Below are positions 28,514-38,663 of a stretch of 64,000 nt of DNA, piece by piece; position 1 is the first letter of the stretch, and every line of letters begins with the position of its first letter. Source of the DNA: Granulicella sp. (GTDB taxonomy: Bacteria > Acidobacteriota > Terriglobia > Terriglobales > Acidobacteriaceae); the NCBI GenBank assembly GCA_027339965.1, contig DAHWNL010000053.1, positions 1 to 64,000 of the forward strand, given 5' to 3'. Both the position numbers and the translations under genes were made by a program. The notes below the pieces were generated by a model. It did no database searches. It was not told the origin of the DNA and saw only the letters and a list, made by a program, of their open reading frames with translations.

Positions 28514-31500
28514 ATGAAGCAGATCGTAAAAATCTGGAGGAAGCTGGGCGTTTCTTCCGGTCTCTCGGCAAGACTCTTTCGCTTTGCGTTCTACGCTTTC
28601 CTGCTCTTTTTCGCCTTTGAGTTCATCACCATCGACTTTCAGTGGCCGGTGCAACTGGTTCTGGGCGCTTTGACCATCGTGATCGCTTATGTGCTGCATC
28701 GGGTCTCGACCTCTGAAGCGGCGACCATGGTCCTGATGGCGGCGTCAATGCTGGCTACAGCTCGATATGCCTACTGGCGCTATCTCAGCGTGCTACGCGC
28801 CCTGCTGGACATCAATAGCCATTTGACCGGGCTGGATTTCTTCTTCATCCTGGTGCTGCTCTCGGCGGAGACCTACGCCTGGATCATCCTCTATCTCGGC
28901 TTCGTGCAGTCCATCCGCCCGTTGCGCCGCCTTCCGGTTCCTCTGCCCGGAGACGTTGAGCAGTGGCCGCATGTGGACGTTCTGATTCCCACCTACAACG
29001 AGCCGTTGTCCGTAGTCCGGTCAACGGCATTCGCCGCGCAGAACATCGACTACCCACCGGACAAGCTGCATGTTTATGTCCTCGACGACGGCCGGCGCGA
29101 TCACTTTGAAGAGTTCTGTGCCGAGGCGGGGGTCGGCTACCTGAGGCGCAACGACAACCGGCACGCCAAGGCCGGCAATATCAATCAGGCCTTGCGAAGC
29201 GTCGCCTCGCCCTATGTGGCCATCTTCGACTGCGATCATGTTCCTACCCGAAGTTTTCTGCAGATCACTCTGGGATGGCTACTCAAGGATCAGCGCCTGG
29301 GCATGCTGCAGACGCCGCACTTCTTCTATTCGCCCGACCCCTTTGAGAGAAATCTGGATCACTTCAAGGAGGTTCCCAACGAAGGCGAGCTGTTTTATGG
29401 AGTTCTGCAGGATGGCAATGACCTGTGGAACGCGACGTTCTTCTGCGGATCCTGCGCCATTCTGCGCCGCTCCGCGCTGGATGAGATCGGCGGTGTCGCC
29501 ACGGAGACGGTTACGGAAGACGCGCACACCTCTCTGCGCTTGCAGATGCGCGGATGGAAGACGGCCTACATCAACATACCCCAGGCCGCCGGCCTGGCCA
29601 CGGAGACTCTCGCCAGCCATATCGGGCAGCGCATTCGCTGGGCTCGAGGCATGACCCAGATTCTGCGTTTGGACTGCCCGCTCTTTGTAAAGGGGCTCGC
29701 CTGGCCACAGCGTCTCTGCTACTTCAACTCCATGATCCACTTCCTCTACGCTGGTCCGCGCCTCATTTTTTTGACTGCGCCGCTGGTGTACATGCTCTTG
29801 GGGCACACCTGCATTCCCGGCTTCTGGGGAGCGATTCTGGCCTATGCGCTGCCCCACATCTTCCTCTCCAGCGTGACGAACCTCCGCATTCAGGGCCGGC
29901 ATCGCTTTTCGTTCTGGAATGAAGTCTATGAGACCATCCTGGCGCCCTACATTCTGGCCCCGACCTTGCTGGCACTGGTGAACCCAAAGTTGGGCAAGTT
30001 TCGGGTCACTGCCAAAGGCCGCATCCTGGAAGAGAGCCACTTTGACTTCGATGTTGCGCGGCCCTACGTGATCTTGATTCTGCTGAACCTCATCGCTCTG
30101 GCGAGTATCCCGCTCCACGTGCTCTATGGAGCGGCGGTTGAACCCAGCAACGTGGTGATGAACGCACTCTGGATTCTGTTCAACACAGTTCTTCTGGGCA
30201 CGGCCGCCAGCGTGGCCATGGAACGCAGGCAGTTACGCAAGGATGTTCGCCTGGAGATGTGTCTTCCGGTAGAAGTGCGTGTTCCGGGAAGGCGGACCGT
30301 CTTTGGCAAATCGATGGACATGTCTCTGGGCGGCGCCTCGCTGCGCCTTGATCGGCCCCTCGATCTGCCCCTCGATCTGGCACCCGGCGCGCAGATCGAG
30401 GTGTTGTATCCGCTGCGCGATCAGCAGGCCGTCTTCAAGGCGACGGTGATCGACGCGGACGCCCTGACGGTGCGCATCCAGTACCACCGGCTGTCGCTGG
30501 AGGAAGAAGAGCAGCTTACGCTGGTGCTCTTCTCCGGCGCGGACACCTGGTTGAATCGCATGGAGGGCCGCCAGTCTGATCGGCCCATGCAAAGCCTGGG
30601 ACAGCTCGTGAAGCTTTCGATTCGCGGCGTAGGCTTCGCTTTGAAGTCGCTGGCGCGGAGCAGGAAGCGGGATCGGGCTTTTGAGCGCGCACCCGTCACC
30701 ACAGCCTTCCTCCTGGCCTTGCTGGCGCTTTGGCTTCCAGTCAGGATGGAGGCTGCCGTAACCGCCATCGGCCCGGTGTTGTCTTCTTTCCCGGCGTCAA
30801 CCTCGGCCGGCAACGGCACCTTCCATCGCAAACTCTCCTTCCAGGAGCTGACCCCACGTGGCGCGCTCGTGTTCAACGCTCCGCAGTCGGCAGAAAGCGT
30901 TACGCTGGTTCTGCCCTCCGATGAGGTGGTTCAGCGAGGCGCATTGCACCTGCACTACTCCTTCTCACCCTATCTCATCGCCCGACGAAGCAGGTTGACG
31001 ATTTTGTTGAACGGAACGCTCGTGGCGGTCTTGCCCGCGCCCACCGGCGCTGTGATGGGAAGGCCGGTCACCGCGGATCTCTCCGTACCGGCCAATCTCT
31101 TCCTGCGCAGGAACACGCTCCAGTTCCAGCTTGAGGGAGACGAGGCCGGCCCGTGCGCAACCGCTGAGAGCCTGCCCTGGGCGCGCATCGATGCCGGCTC
31201 CAGCGTGGAGATCGCCGGAGACCTGCTCCCTTTGGCGGACGAGCTTGCGCCCTTGCCCCGGCCCTTCTACGAGAGGGACATTAGCGGGCATGCAGCCGCG
31301 ATTCCATTTGTCTTTCTTGAAGATCCTGACCGCCAGACGCTGACGGCCGCAGGGGTGGTGGCCTCCTGGTTTGGAGTTCGTGCCGGATCGCAGCGGCTCG
31401 AACTGCCCGTTTCCGTGGGTCCGCATCTGCCCCGAGGCAATGTGATTCTCTTTGCAGACGATCCCGGGGCCCTGCCGTCGAGCCTGGGGCTGAAGCTGGA

Positions 31501-32989
31501 GGGCCCGATGATCGCCGAGCGGGCCAATCCGGACGACCCTTACGGCAAGGTGCTGGTCCTGGCCGGCGCAAACGGTGCAGAGCTTCTCACGGCGGCCCGC
31601 GCTCTGGCCTGGCAGCGTGGCTTCAGAGAAGCCGACGCCACGTTCACTCCTAAGGCGCTGCTTCCGCCCAGACGCAACGCAGACGATGCTCCGCTCTGGC
31701 AGAGCACCACGCAGAGCTTGCCGCTTTGGATTCCCTCCGGCCCTCCGGCGAACTCGAATGACGGAGCGGACCCTCTATCCATCCACTTTCGTCTGCCTCC
31801 GGATCTTTACTACGGCGGCCGTACCTTCGTGAGACTGCACCTTGACTACAGCTATAGCCCGTTGCGGTCCACCGCAGGGTCGGTGCTGCGCATCAAGCTC
31901 AACGGCGTGACAGCGGGCGATCTGCCTTTGCCCCCAGGCAAGGGCGCGAGCCTGCAGGTCTCCAGAGTGATTCGCATACCAGTTGCGCATCTGCAGCCGT
32001 TCGCCAATCGAATCCGATTCAGCTTTCTCCCCCGGATGGCCGCGCCGGCCGGTTGTGACCTTCCTCGCCCGGTTGACTTGAACGGCGCGATTCGTAGCAG
32101 CTCTTTTCTGGATCTGCGGCAGTTTCGTCATTGGACGAGTCTTCCAAATCTGGGATTGTTCTCTGCCGCCGGCTTTCCGTTTACGCGCTACGCTGATCTT
32201 GCCCAGACCACGGTTATCTTGCCGCGGCGCCCCTCTTCTGGCGAGATCGGCGTCTACCTCATGCTGCTCGAATCCTTCGGCCGCGAGACTGGCTATCCGG
32301 CTTTGCGCGTCAGCACTGGCTATCCGGCTTTGCGCGTCAGCATAGGAGAGCCAGGGAACAGGGGAGCATCCGATGAGCTGGTGATTGGGACGGCCCGCGA
32401 CCAGCCGGACTTTGCGCTGTTGGATGCCCGTCTGCCGGTTGGGCTCAGGGGTCCCGATCTTTCGCTCGCCGTGCAGAAGAGTCCTCTCTCCGCCGGTGAG
32501 AAGTTGTGGTGGCAGTTGGCGAAGATGAGTCCGCGCTGGAGGCGCGGCCTGGAAGGGTTCTTGAGCAAAAGACAGGGAAAAGATGGAGGCGGTCATCCAC
32601 TGGCAGCCGCTCTCGATCGCTCTCCCGAGGCAGTGATTCAGGAGACGCAGTCGCCCTGGGGGGAGGATCGCACGGTGGTGAGCATTCTGTTGCGCGATGA
32701 CGCCGGAGCTTCGGCCCTGGTAGATGCCTTTGGCCATGCCGCAGAACCGAATGCCCTGACGGGTTCGGTCAGCGTGCTGCGCGATGGCCGGTTCGCGTCC
32801 TACAGCACGGAGAACGAAAGCTACAACGTGGGCCAACTGGCCTGGTGGGAGAGAGTTCGTTACCGGCTTCGGCAGTTTCCGTGGCTCATCGTGCTGCTCA
32901 ACTTTGTTCTGGGGCTGTTGCTGGTGCCCTGGATGCAGGCCAGACTGGATCGACGTCAGAAGATGCGGCTTGAGGCGGGGGGTCTATGA
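28514..32989 (+). CDS. bcsAB: Fused cellulose synthase BcsA-BcsB
   Basis: PTYNE, DDG, HAKAGN, FDCD, QTPH, FFCGS, TED, QRIRW; PilZ RxxxR and DMSLGG; then a BcsB periplasmic region (LPNL.LF..AGFPFTR.ADL) with a C-terminal TM. Confidence 0.95.
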   Translation: MKQIVKIWRKLGVSSGLSARLFRFAFYAFLLFFAFEFITIDFQWPVQLVLGALTIVIAYVLHRVSTSEAATMVLMAASMLATARYAYWRYLSVLRALLDINSHLTGLDFFFILVLLSAETYAWIILYLGFVQSIRPLRRLPVPLPGDVEQWPHVDVLIPTYNEPLSVVRSTAFAAQNIDYPPDKLHVYVLDDGRRDHFEEFCAEAGVGYLRRNDNRHAKAGNINQALRSVASPYVAIFDCDHVPTRSFLQITLGWLLKDQRLGMLQTPHFFYSPDPFERNLDHFKEVPNEGELFYGVLQDGNDLWNATFFCGSCAILRRSALDEIGGVATETVTEDAHTSLRLQMRGWKTAYINIPQAAGLATETLASHIGQRIRWARGMTQILRLDCPLFVKGLAWPQRLCYFNSMIHFLYAGPRLIFLTAPLVYMLLGHTCIPGFWGAILAYALPHIFLSSVTNLRIQGRHRFSFWNEVYETILAPYILAPTLLALVNPKLGKFRVTAKGRILEESHFDFDVARPYVILILLNLIALASIPLHVLYGAAVEPSNVVMNALWILFNTVLLGTAASVAMERRQLRKDVRLEMCLPVEVRVPGRRTVFGKSMDMSLGGASLRLDRPLDLPLDLAPGAQIEVLYPLRDQQAVFKATVIDADALTVRIQYHRLSLEEEEQLTLVLFSGADTWLNRMEGRQSDRPMQSLGQLVKLSIRGVGFALKSLARSRKRDRAFERAPVTTAFLLALLALWLPVRMEAAVTAIGPVLSSFPASTSAGNGTFHRKLSFQELTPRGALVFNAPQSAESVTLVLPSDEVVQRGALHLHYSFSPYLIARRSRLTILLNGTLVAVLPAPTGAVMGRPVTADLSVPANLFLRRNTLQFQLEGDEAGPCATAESLPWARIDAGSSVEIAGDLLPLADELAPLPRPFYERDISGHAAAIPFVFLEDPDRQTLTAAGVVASWFGVRAGSQRLELPVSVGPHLPRGNVILFADDPGALPSSLGLKLEGPMIAERANPDDPYGKVLVLAGANGAELLTAARALAWQRGFREADATFTPKALLPPRRNADDAPLWQSTTQSLPLWIPSGPPANSNDGADPLSIHFRLPPDLYYGGRTFVRLHLDYSYSPLRSTAGSVLRIKLNGVTAGDLPLPPGKGASLQVSRVIRIPVAHLQPFANRIRFSFLPRMAAPAGCDLPRPVDLNGAIRSSSFLDLRQFRHWTSLPNLGLFSAAGFPFTRYADLAQTTVILPRRPSSGEIGVYLMLLESFGRETGYPALRVSTGYPALRVSIGEPGNRGASDELVIGTARDQPDFALLDARLPVGLRGPDLSLAVQKSPLSAGEKLWWQLAKMSPRWRRGLEGFLSKRQGKDGGGHPLAAALDRSPEAVIQETQSPWGEDRTVVSILLRDDAGASALVDAFGHAAEPNALTGSVSVLRDGRFASYSTENESYNVGQLAWWERVRYRLRQFPWLIVLLNFVLGLLLVPWMQARLDRRQKMRLEAGGL

Positions 32990-34128
32990 GATGGAGATTG
33001 GGTGTATGGCTGCTGGCCATGGTTCTGCAGCCGGTGGTAGGGGCGCAGATTCGCAATGCGTGGCCTCTGTGGTGGAGCTATCAAAGGCATTTTCTGAGTC
33101 CGCAGGGCCGCGTGATTGATTTTTCACGCCACTCGATGACGACCTCGGAAGGCCAGGGTTACGCGCTGTTTTTCTCTCTGGTGGCAGACGACGCCCGGGA
33201 GTTTGAGCGCATCCGGGTGTGGACGCAAGACAATCTGGCCAGCGGGAATCTGGCGAAGAATCTGCCCGCCTGGAGTTGGGGGCAGGATGCGCACGGAGTG
33301 TGGCGGGTTCTGGATCAGAACTCCGCTTCGGACGCCGATCTCTGGATCGCGTACAGCCTGCTGGAAGCGGGAAGGCTCTGGCATCATCCGGCCTACACGC
33401 AGACCGGCAAAGCGCTTCTGGCGCAGATCGCTCGCCGGGAGGTAGCGCAGGCGCCAGGATTGGGCCCCGTGCTGATGCCTGGACCGTCGCAGCTCTTCTC
33501 CGGCCCTGGCCGCTGGATTCTCAATGAGAGCTACGCTCCGCTTCCCTTGCTCCTGGCTTCGGCGCAGGCCGATCCCGCCGGGCCTTGGAGAGCGATGGCT
33601 GCGAATCTGCCGGTGTGGCTCCAACAGGCCAGCCCGTCTGGATTTGCGATGAACTGGGTGGAGTGGTCCAACGGAAGATTCACGGCGATTGCGAGTCCGG
33701 GACCGGCCGGGGCGGGAGCCGGCTGCGGAAGCTATGACGCGATTCGCGTCTACCTGTGGGCGGGCATGACGAATCCGAAGACGCCGGGTGCCGGGAAGAT
33801 CCTCTCCCTCTTTGCCCCAATGGCGCGTTTGTTGGCCCAAGGACAACCGCCTCCGGAGGTGGTCAGCCCAACGGGAGCGGTACTGAGCGGGACCTCTCCG
33901 GTTGGATTCGCAGCCGCACTGGAGCCTTTCTTGCAGAGCTCCGGAGAGAAGGCGGCAGCGACCGTTGAGCAGCAGAGAGTGAATGCGCAGTTCGATCACG
34001 CCACGGGACTGCTGGGAGCCAATCCGCGTTACTACGACCAAAATCTGGCGCTCTTCGCGCAGGGATGGCGGCAACGGCGCTTTCGCTTCAGCGCGGATGG
34101 GAGATTGCAGGTTCCGTGGGGACGCTAG
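32986..34128 (+). CDS. bcsZ: GH8 endoglucanase BcsZ
   Basis: TTSEGQGYALF, LPAWSWG, DQNSASDADLWIAY, SYDAIRVYLW, YYDQNL.LF. Confidence 0.95.
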   Translation: MRWRLGVWLLAMVLQPVVGAQIRNAWPLWWSYQRHFLSPQGRVIDFSRHSMTTSEGQGYALFFSLVADDAREFERIRVWTQDNLASGNLAKNLPAWSWGQDAHGVWRVLDQNSASDADLWIAYSLLEAGRLWHHPAYTQTGKALLAQIARREVAQAPGLGPVLMPGPSQLFSGPGRWILNESYAPLPLLLASAQADPAGPWRAMAANLPVWLQQASPSGFAMNWVEWSNGRFTAIASPGPAGAGAGCGSYDAIRVYLWAGMTNPKTPGAGKILSLFAPMARLLAQGQPPPEVVSPTGAVLSGTSPVGFAAALEPFLQSSGEKAAATVEQQRVNAQFDHATGLLGANPRYYDQNLALFAQGWRQRRFRFSADGRLQVPWGR

Positions 34129-37100
34129 AGCGTTTTCAGTGCCGGTGTAACGCGACGTCTCGGCCGCCATGGGCGTTTTCCCCAATAAAAACGCCACTGC
34201 ACGCCCTCTCCGGTGTACCCAGCAACACTGAAAGTGCCATAGAGCCATCGTCGCGTTACGGGGAGGCAACGCCCGAATGCCGGTGGGCGGTTTGCTCACG
34301 GGAAGCGCCGCCAGGAGCCTGTTGCCGAGCGATCGTTTCCGGTAGACCGCGCCGCGGCCAGGTCCTGCACCGGACGCTGTTTCTGTCCGCTTTTCTTCTT
34401 GGCGTTGGGTGTGTCTTCGCAGCGGCGCAGTCAACCTCACCGGCGGAGACGGCGCTGCTGGCCAGGGCGCAGGCATTTGCCGCTCGTAGCCAGTTTGACC
34501 TGGCTGTTCAGGCATGGAAGCAGGCGCTGGCCTCGGATCCAGAGAATCAGCAGGCGCTGGCGGGGATCGCTCGCGCGGAGATGCAACTGGGCCGCCGTCA
34601 GGAGGCGGAAGCGTATCTGGACAGACTGCGTCAGCTTGGCGGAGATGCGAAGACGGTTCATCAGATTGAGTCCATGCCTGTGGCGCAATCCCCCAGGCAG
34701 CGTCTGGAAGCGGCGCGCCGGCTTGCAGCAGCGGGACGCTACGCTGATGCCATGGCGATCTACCGTTCGTTGTATGGAGCGACGCCCCCGGACGGCGATC
34801 TTGCGCTGGCCTATTACGACACCGAGGCGGCGCTTCCGGCTGAACGCGGCCGTGCTCTGGCGGGTCTGCGCAGCCTGACGCAGCGCTTTCCGGCCGACCC
34901 GCGCTACGCCGTCACGCTCGGCAGTGCCCTCACCTACGACGCGGCGACCAGGTCCGAGGGCGTCGCCATCCTGCAGAGATATTCGGACATCGCCGCTGCC
35001 AGGAGCGCGCTGGCGCAGGCGCAGGCTTGGCAGAAAGTGGCGGCAGCGGCCGCAACCAAGCCGCGGAGCGCAGCGAACTCCGCCATAGCGGCAGCCTACC
35101 GCGCGCTTCGTCGCGGGGATCTGATCCGGGCGCGGGAGCGCTTTGAAAGCCTGCTGAACAAGAGACCTTCTGATCCGCGAGCGCTGAGCGGCATGGGCTA
35201 CGTAGAGATGAAGCAAGGTGATTTCGCGGCTGCTGAACATTGGCTGGAACGTGCCCAAACCGCGGGAGCAACGGGATTGAACAACACCATAACCCTGGCG
35301 CGCTTCTGGCAGTTGATGGCCCGGGGCACAGAGGAGCTGAACTCCGGAAAGACCGGGGCGGCGCTGAGAGATCTCCGCGCCGCGGCAGCGATGGAACCGG
35401 ACAACCCGGACGCGCTCGAGGCCGTGGCTGGAGCTTTACGGCAGGCTGGAGAGAATCGCGAGGCCGCAACCGTCTATGCCGGCCTGGTTCGCCAGGCTCC
35501 GGACCGGCTCGCAGCCTGGCGGGGCTTGTTCCTCACCCAATCCGTAGACGGCGCCGCGCAAGCGGCTCTTGCTACGTGGAATCGCATGCCGCTGGCACAG
35601 CGGGGCCGGCTGGAGGGTGCCCCCGAGTGCCTGCGCGCGCTGGCCACGGACGACCTTGCTCTCGGCCGCAGGGATGACTATCGACAGGTTGTGGATCGCG
35701 CCCTTGGTCTTTGCTCTCTCCAACGCGTCGCAGACATGCCCATTGCAGCACCCAGCCAATGTGCCGATCTGCTGCAGAATCTGCATCAGGACAGTGCTGC
35801 GGCCGCCGTTCTTCAACAGATGATTGCAGCCAAGCCGAACGATGCTCCGGCCTGGCTCACTCTGATCTCTTTACAGCATCAGCTCCTGCGTAACGACGCA
35901 GCTTTGGCCACGGCAGGAAGCCTGCCGCAGCCGGTGCTGGCGCAACTCAGCCGCGATCCAAACTTTCTTTCGCTCATGGGCTCCATCGCTGCGTCGCGCG
36001 GGCAGTGGATGCTGGCCCGCGGCTGGCTCCAGAGAGCGATTGCAGCATCAACGGTTCCTTCGCCCGCCGTCGAACTCCAGCTTGCGGATGTGGATCTTGC
36101 CCTGGGAAGGACGCAAGACGCCGCCGCCATCGATCGAAAGGCCATCGCGGAGCACCCCAATGACGCCTCCGCCTGGCTCGGCCTGCTGAAGGCTCTGCAT
36201 CAGGCAGGCCAGGAGCAGGAGGCCCTGCGCGAGCTGGCGGCCATGCCCGATCCGGTTCGCGCCCAGCTTGAGTCAGAACCGGAGTTTGTGCGCGCCAAGG
36301 CCGCGATTCAGGCCGCAACCGGTCATTTAGACCAGGCCGTAGCCACCAGCGAGCACCTGGCTGCCGTGTACGCATCCCAGGGAGTGGCGGAGCCCGTCGG
36401 TCCGCTGCTGCAATCTGGTTGGATCTATCTCAACGCCGGCGACACCCGGCAGCTTGACAGCACAATGGATCAGGTCCTTCAAAGGTCTCAGCTTAGCGGA
36501 GAACAGCGTCTTGAAATTGACCACCTTCTCTCCGTCTGGAGCTTGCGCCGGGCCTTCGCTTTGGCCACGGCAGGGTCTTTGCGTCTCGCCATGGCGCTGC
36601 TGGAAGCTGACAGGCGCGTCTCCCCGGGCGAGCCCGGCGTTCAGGAGTCTCTGGCCGGGCTCTATCTTCAGGCCGGAGAGGCAGGGCGCGCCTTGGCGAT
36701 GTTCCAGTCGTTGAATCCCTCCTCCGCCAGCCCATCGCAGTTTCAGGTCGCCATTGGCGCCGCTATGGCTGCGGGGAACAAGAAGCAGGCTGCCGTCTGG
36801 CTGCGGAGCGCTCTCCGCAGGTTTCCCAATCAGGCCAAGGTGCTCAAGATCGCCGGTGACCATGAACAGTCCAGCGGACGCTCAGGGCAGGCAGAGCGCT
36901 ACTACCGCCGGGCACTGATGGCCAGCGACACGCCGGCGCCGGTGCAGGACGCTGCTCCCGCAGAAGTGAAAGACGGCGAGACATCGGGGCGACAGCCGCA
37001 ACCGGCAGATCTGCGACCGGGACCGATGCGTGAGGTAAAACTTCTTTTGCAGCTACTGGAGAAGGACGACGTCATGAATGCCCAAGCCGCGGCGTCACGG

Positions 37101-38342
37101 GCCGCAGCGCGTCCTGCTAAGCCGTCCGGCGGCCCTTCAGCCACGCTCTCGCAGCCACCCGAGACTTTGCGTGAACAGATCCGCGGACAACTGAAGGCGA
37201 TCCAAAGCCAGTTCAGTCCGTGGATCGGAGCCACCGCGGATGGCGACGATCGCAGCGGTCAGCCGGGTTATAGTCAACTCTTTGCCTATTGGGCGCAGAG
37301 CGAAGAGTCCGCCGAGCTGGGCACGCTGGCGCGGCTCACGCTGATCGCCGGACCCATCCGGCTGGACTCCGGCAGGGCGACCGGCGCGACGACGCTGCGC
37401 CTGGGAACGCTGCCGGCCAATGTGACGCCTGTTCCGCAGTTGGCTTCGGGCGTGGCTGGTGAACTGCAACTGCGAGCAGATGCCTTTGCCGCTTCCTTCG
37501 GAACCACTCCGCGGGGATTTCCTGTCGTCAACTGGACGGGCGGGGTTCTTGTGCAGCCGGCCTCGGCCCACTTTACCGTCACGCTCTCGCGCCGCTCCGT
37601 TCAGGACTCCGAACTGTCCTACGCCGGCCTGCACGACCAAGGTAGCCTGGGGTCCGTCAGCCAGGGAAGCATCTGGGGCGGAGTCATCGCCAACAGCGGA
37701 GAGCTCCAGATCGCATCCAGCGGCGCGCGCGCTGGATGGTATCTGCAGGGAGGATTCCAGTACATCACCGGGCATCACGTGCCGATCAACCGGCGCGCCG
37801 ATGGCGACGTAGGAGCCTACTGGACGGCGTGGAGCAGACCCGCGTCCGGCAGCCTCACCGTCGGCATGAACTTCTTCGGGATGCACTATGCGGAGAACCA
37901 GTACGACTTCACCTACGGGCAGGGCGGGTACTTCAGTCCGCAGGCCTTCGCCATCGCAGGAGTTCCGGTCAACTTGACCGGCCGATCCCGGCGGCATTGG
38001 CGCTACAAGCTCAGCGGCAGCCTGGGCCTGCAGGGATACTATCAGGCAACTGCGCCCTACTTCCCGCTGGATCCGGCTCTCCAGATCTCGCAGGGCAATC
38101 TCTACTACCCGGCGTCGACGACCATTGGCGCGAACTACAATTTTGACGGTGAGATCTCCTACGTCGCTCACCATCACTGGTTTCTGGGCACCTACGCCGA
38201 CTTCAACAACACGCGCGAATATGCTGAGTCGAAGGCCGGCTTCTCTCTGCGTTATGTCTTGGCTGCACAGGATGCCGCTTCCCCATCCGCTTCTACGGGG
38301 CTGTTTCCCAGCGCGGGGTACCGGCCGCTCCGCGTTCCATAG
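34116..38342 (+). CDS. bcsC: Cellulose export protein BcsC (TPR plus C-terminal beta-barrel); start uncertain
   Basis: Signal-like VLHRTLFLSAFLLGVGCVFAAAQ at ~34362, TPR repeats, RSVQDSELSYAG, FTYGQGGYFSPQ. Confidence 0.9.
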   Translation: MGTLERFQCRCNATSRPPWAFSPIKTPLHALSGVPSNTESAIEPSSRYGEATPECRWAVCSREAPPGACCRAIVSGRPRRGQVLHRTLFLSAFLLGVGCVFAAAQSTSPAETALLARAQAFAARSQFDLAVQAWKQALASDPENQQALAGIARAEMQLGRRQEAEAYLDRLRQLGGDAKTVHQIESMPVAQSPRQRLEAARRLAAAGRYADAMAIYRSLYGATPPDGDLALAYYDTEAALPAERGRALAGLRSLTQRFPADPRYAVTLGSALTYDAATRSEGVAILQRYSDIAAARSALAQAQAWQKVAAAAATKPRSAANSAIAAAYRALRRGDLIRARERFESLLNKRPSDPRALSGMGYVEMKQGDFAAAEHWLERAQTAGATGLNNTITLARFWQLMARGTEELNSGKTGAALRDLRAAAAMEPDNPDALEAVAGALRQAGENREAATVYAGLVRQAPDRLAAWRGLFLTQSVDGAAQAALATWNRMPLAQRGRLEGAPECLRALATDDLALGRRDDYRQVVDRALGLCSLQRVADMPIAAPSQCADLLQNLHQDSAAAAVLQQMIAAKPNDAPAWLTLISLQHQLLRNDAALATAGSLPQPVLAQLSRDPNFLSLMGSIAASRGQWMLARGWLQRAIAASTVPSPAVELQLADVDLALGRTQDAAAIDRKAIAEHPNDASAWLGLLKALHQAGQEQEALRELAAMPDPVRAQLESEPEFVRAKAAIQAATGHLDQAVATSEHLAAVYASQGVAEPVGPLLQSGWIYLNAGDTRQLDSTMDQVLQRSQLSGEQRLEIDHLLSVWSLRRAFALATAGSLRLAMALLEADRRVSPGEPGVQESLAGLYLQAGEAGRALAMFQSLNPSSASPSQFQVAIGAAMAAGNKKQAAVWLRSALRRFPNQAKVLKIAGDHEQSSGRSGQAERYYRRALMASDTPAPVQDAAPAEVKDGETSGRQPQPADLRPGPMREVKLLLQLLEKDDVMNAQAAASRAAARPAKPSGGPSATLSQPPETLREQIRGQLKAIQSQFSPWIGATADGDDRSGQPGYSQLFAYWAQSEESAELGTLARLTLIAGPIRLDSGRATGATTLRLGTLPANVTPVPQLASGVAGELQLRADAFAASFGTTPRGFPVVNWTGGVLVQPASAHFTVTLSRRSVQDSELSYAGLHDQGSLGSVSQGSIWGGVIANSGELQIASSGARAGWYLQGGFQYITGHHVPINRRADGDVGAYWTAWSRPASGSLTVGMNFFGMHYAENQYDFTYGQGGYFSPQAFAIAGVPVNLTGRSRRHWRYKLSGSLGLQGYYQATAPYFPLDPALQISQGNLYYPASTTIGANYNFDGEISYVAHHHWFLGTYADFNNTREYAESKAGFSLRYVLAAQDAASPSASTGLFPSAGYRPLRVP
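34126..34242. repeat. MITE-like palindromic repeat, copy 1
   Basis: TAGAGCGTTTTCAGTG...CACTGAAAGTGCCATAG imperfect terminal IR, internal GGCGTTTT..AAAACGCC hairpin; homologous to 52721-52836. Confidence 0.8.
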
Positions 38343-38663
38343 ACCCTGAAGACGGATTCTTGTACGTGGGATTTGCCTGAGCGCGGGGTGAAGACTTCTC
38401 TTTGAACAAGAAGCTCGTCCATCTTCAGCCCTGCTGACACGGGCCGAAAGACGGCCCGAGCCACAAACGGTGAAGAGGGAGGAAACGCGAGACTCTTTTC
38501 AGGGTCTCTTGAACCCTTGAACCGATTTCTTGACATAGCTAAAGACAACCCTGTACAAGGCCTCTATCGCCGGCAAGGTGCAATCGCCGGGCGGCAGGAG
38601 ACCCATGCTTGCAGGTCCGCGAGGTCCATGCGACGGCCGTCAACGGCGCGGACGGGAGAATTC

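Noticed and set aside
38343..38660. c-di-GMP or cobalamin riboswitch after the bcs operon
   Set aside because: Isolated hairpins only; the conserved aptamer motifs were not found.
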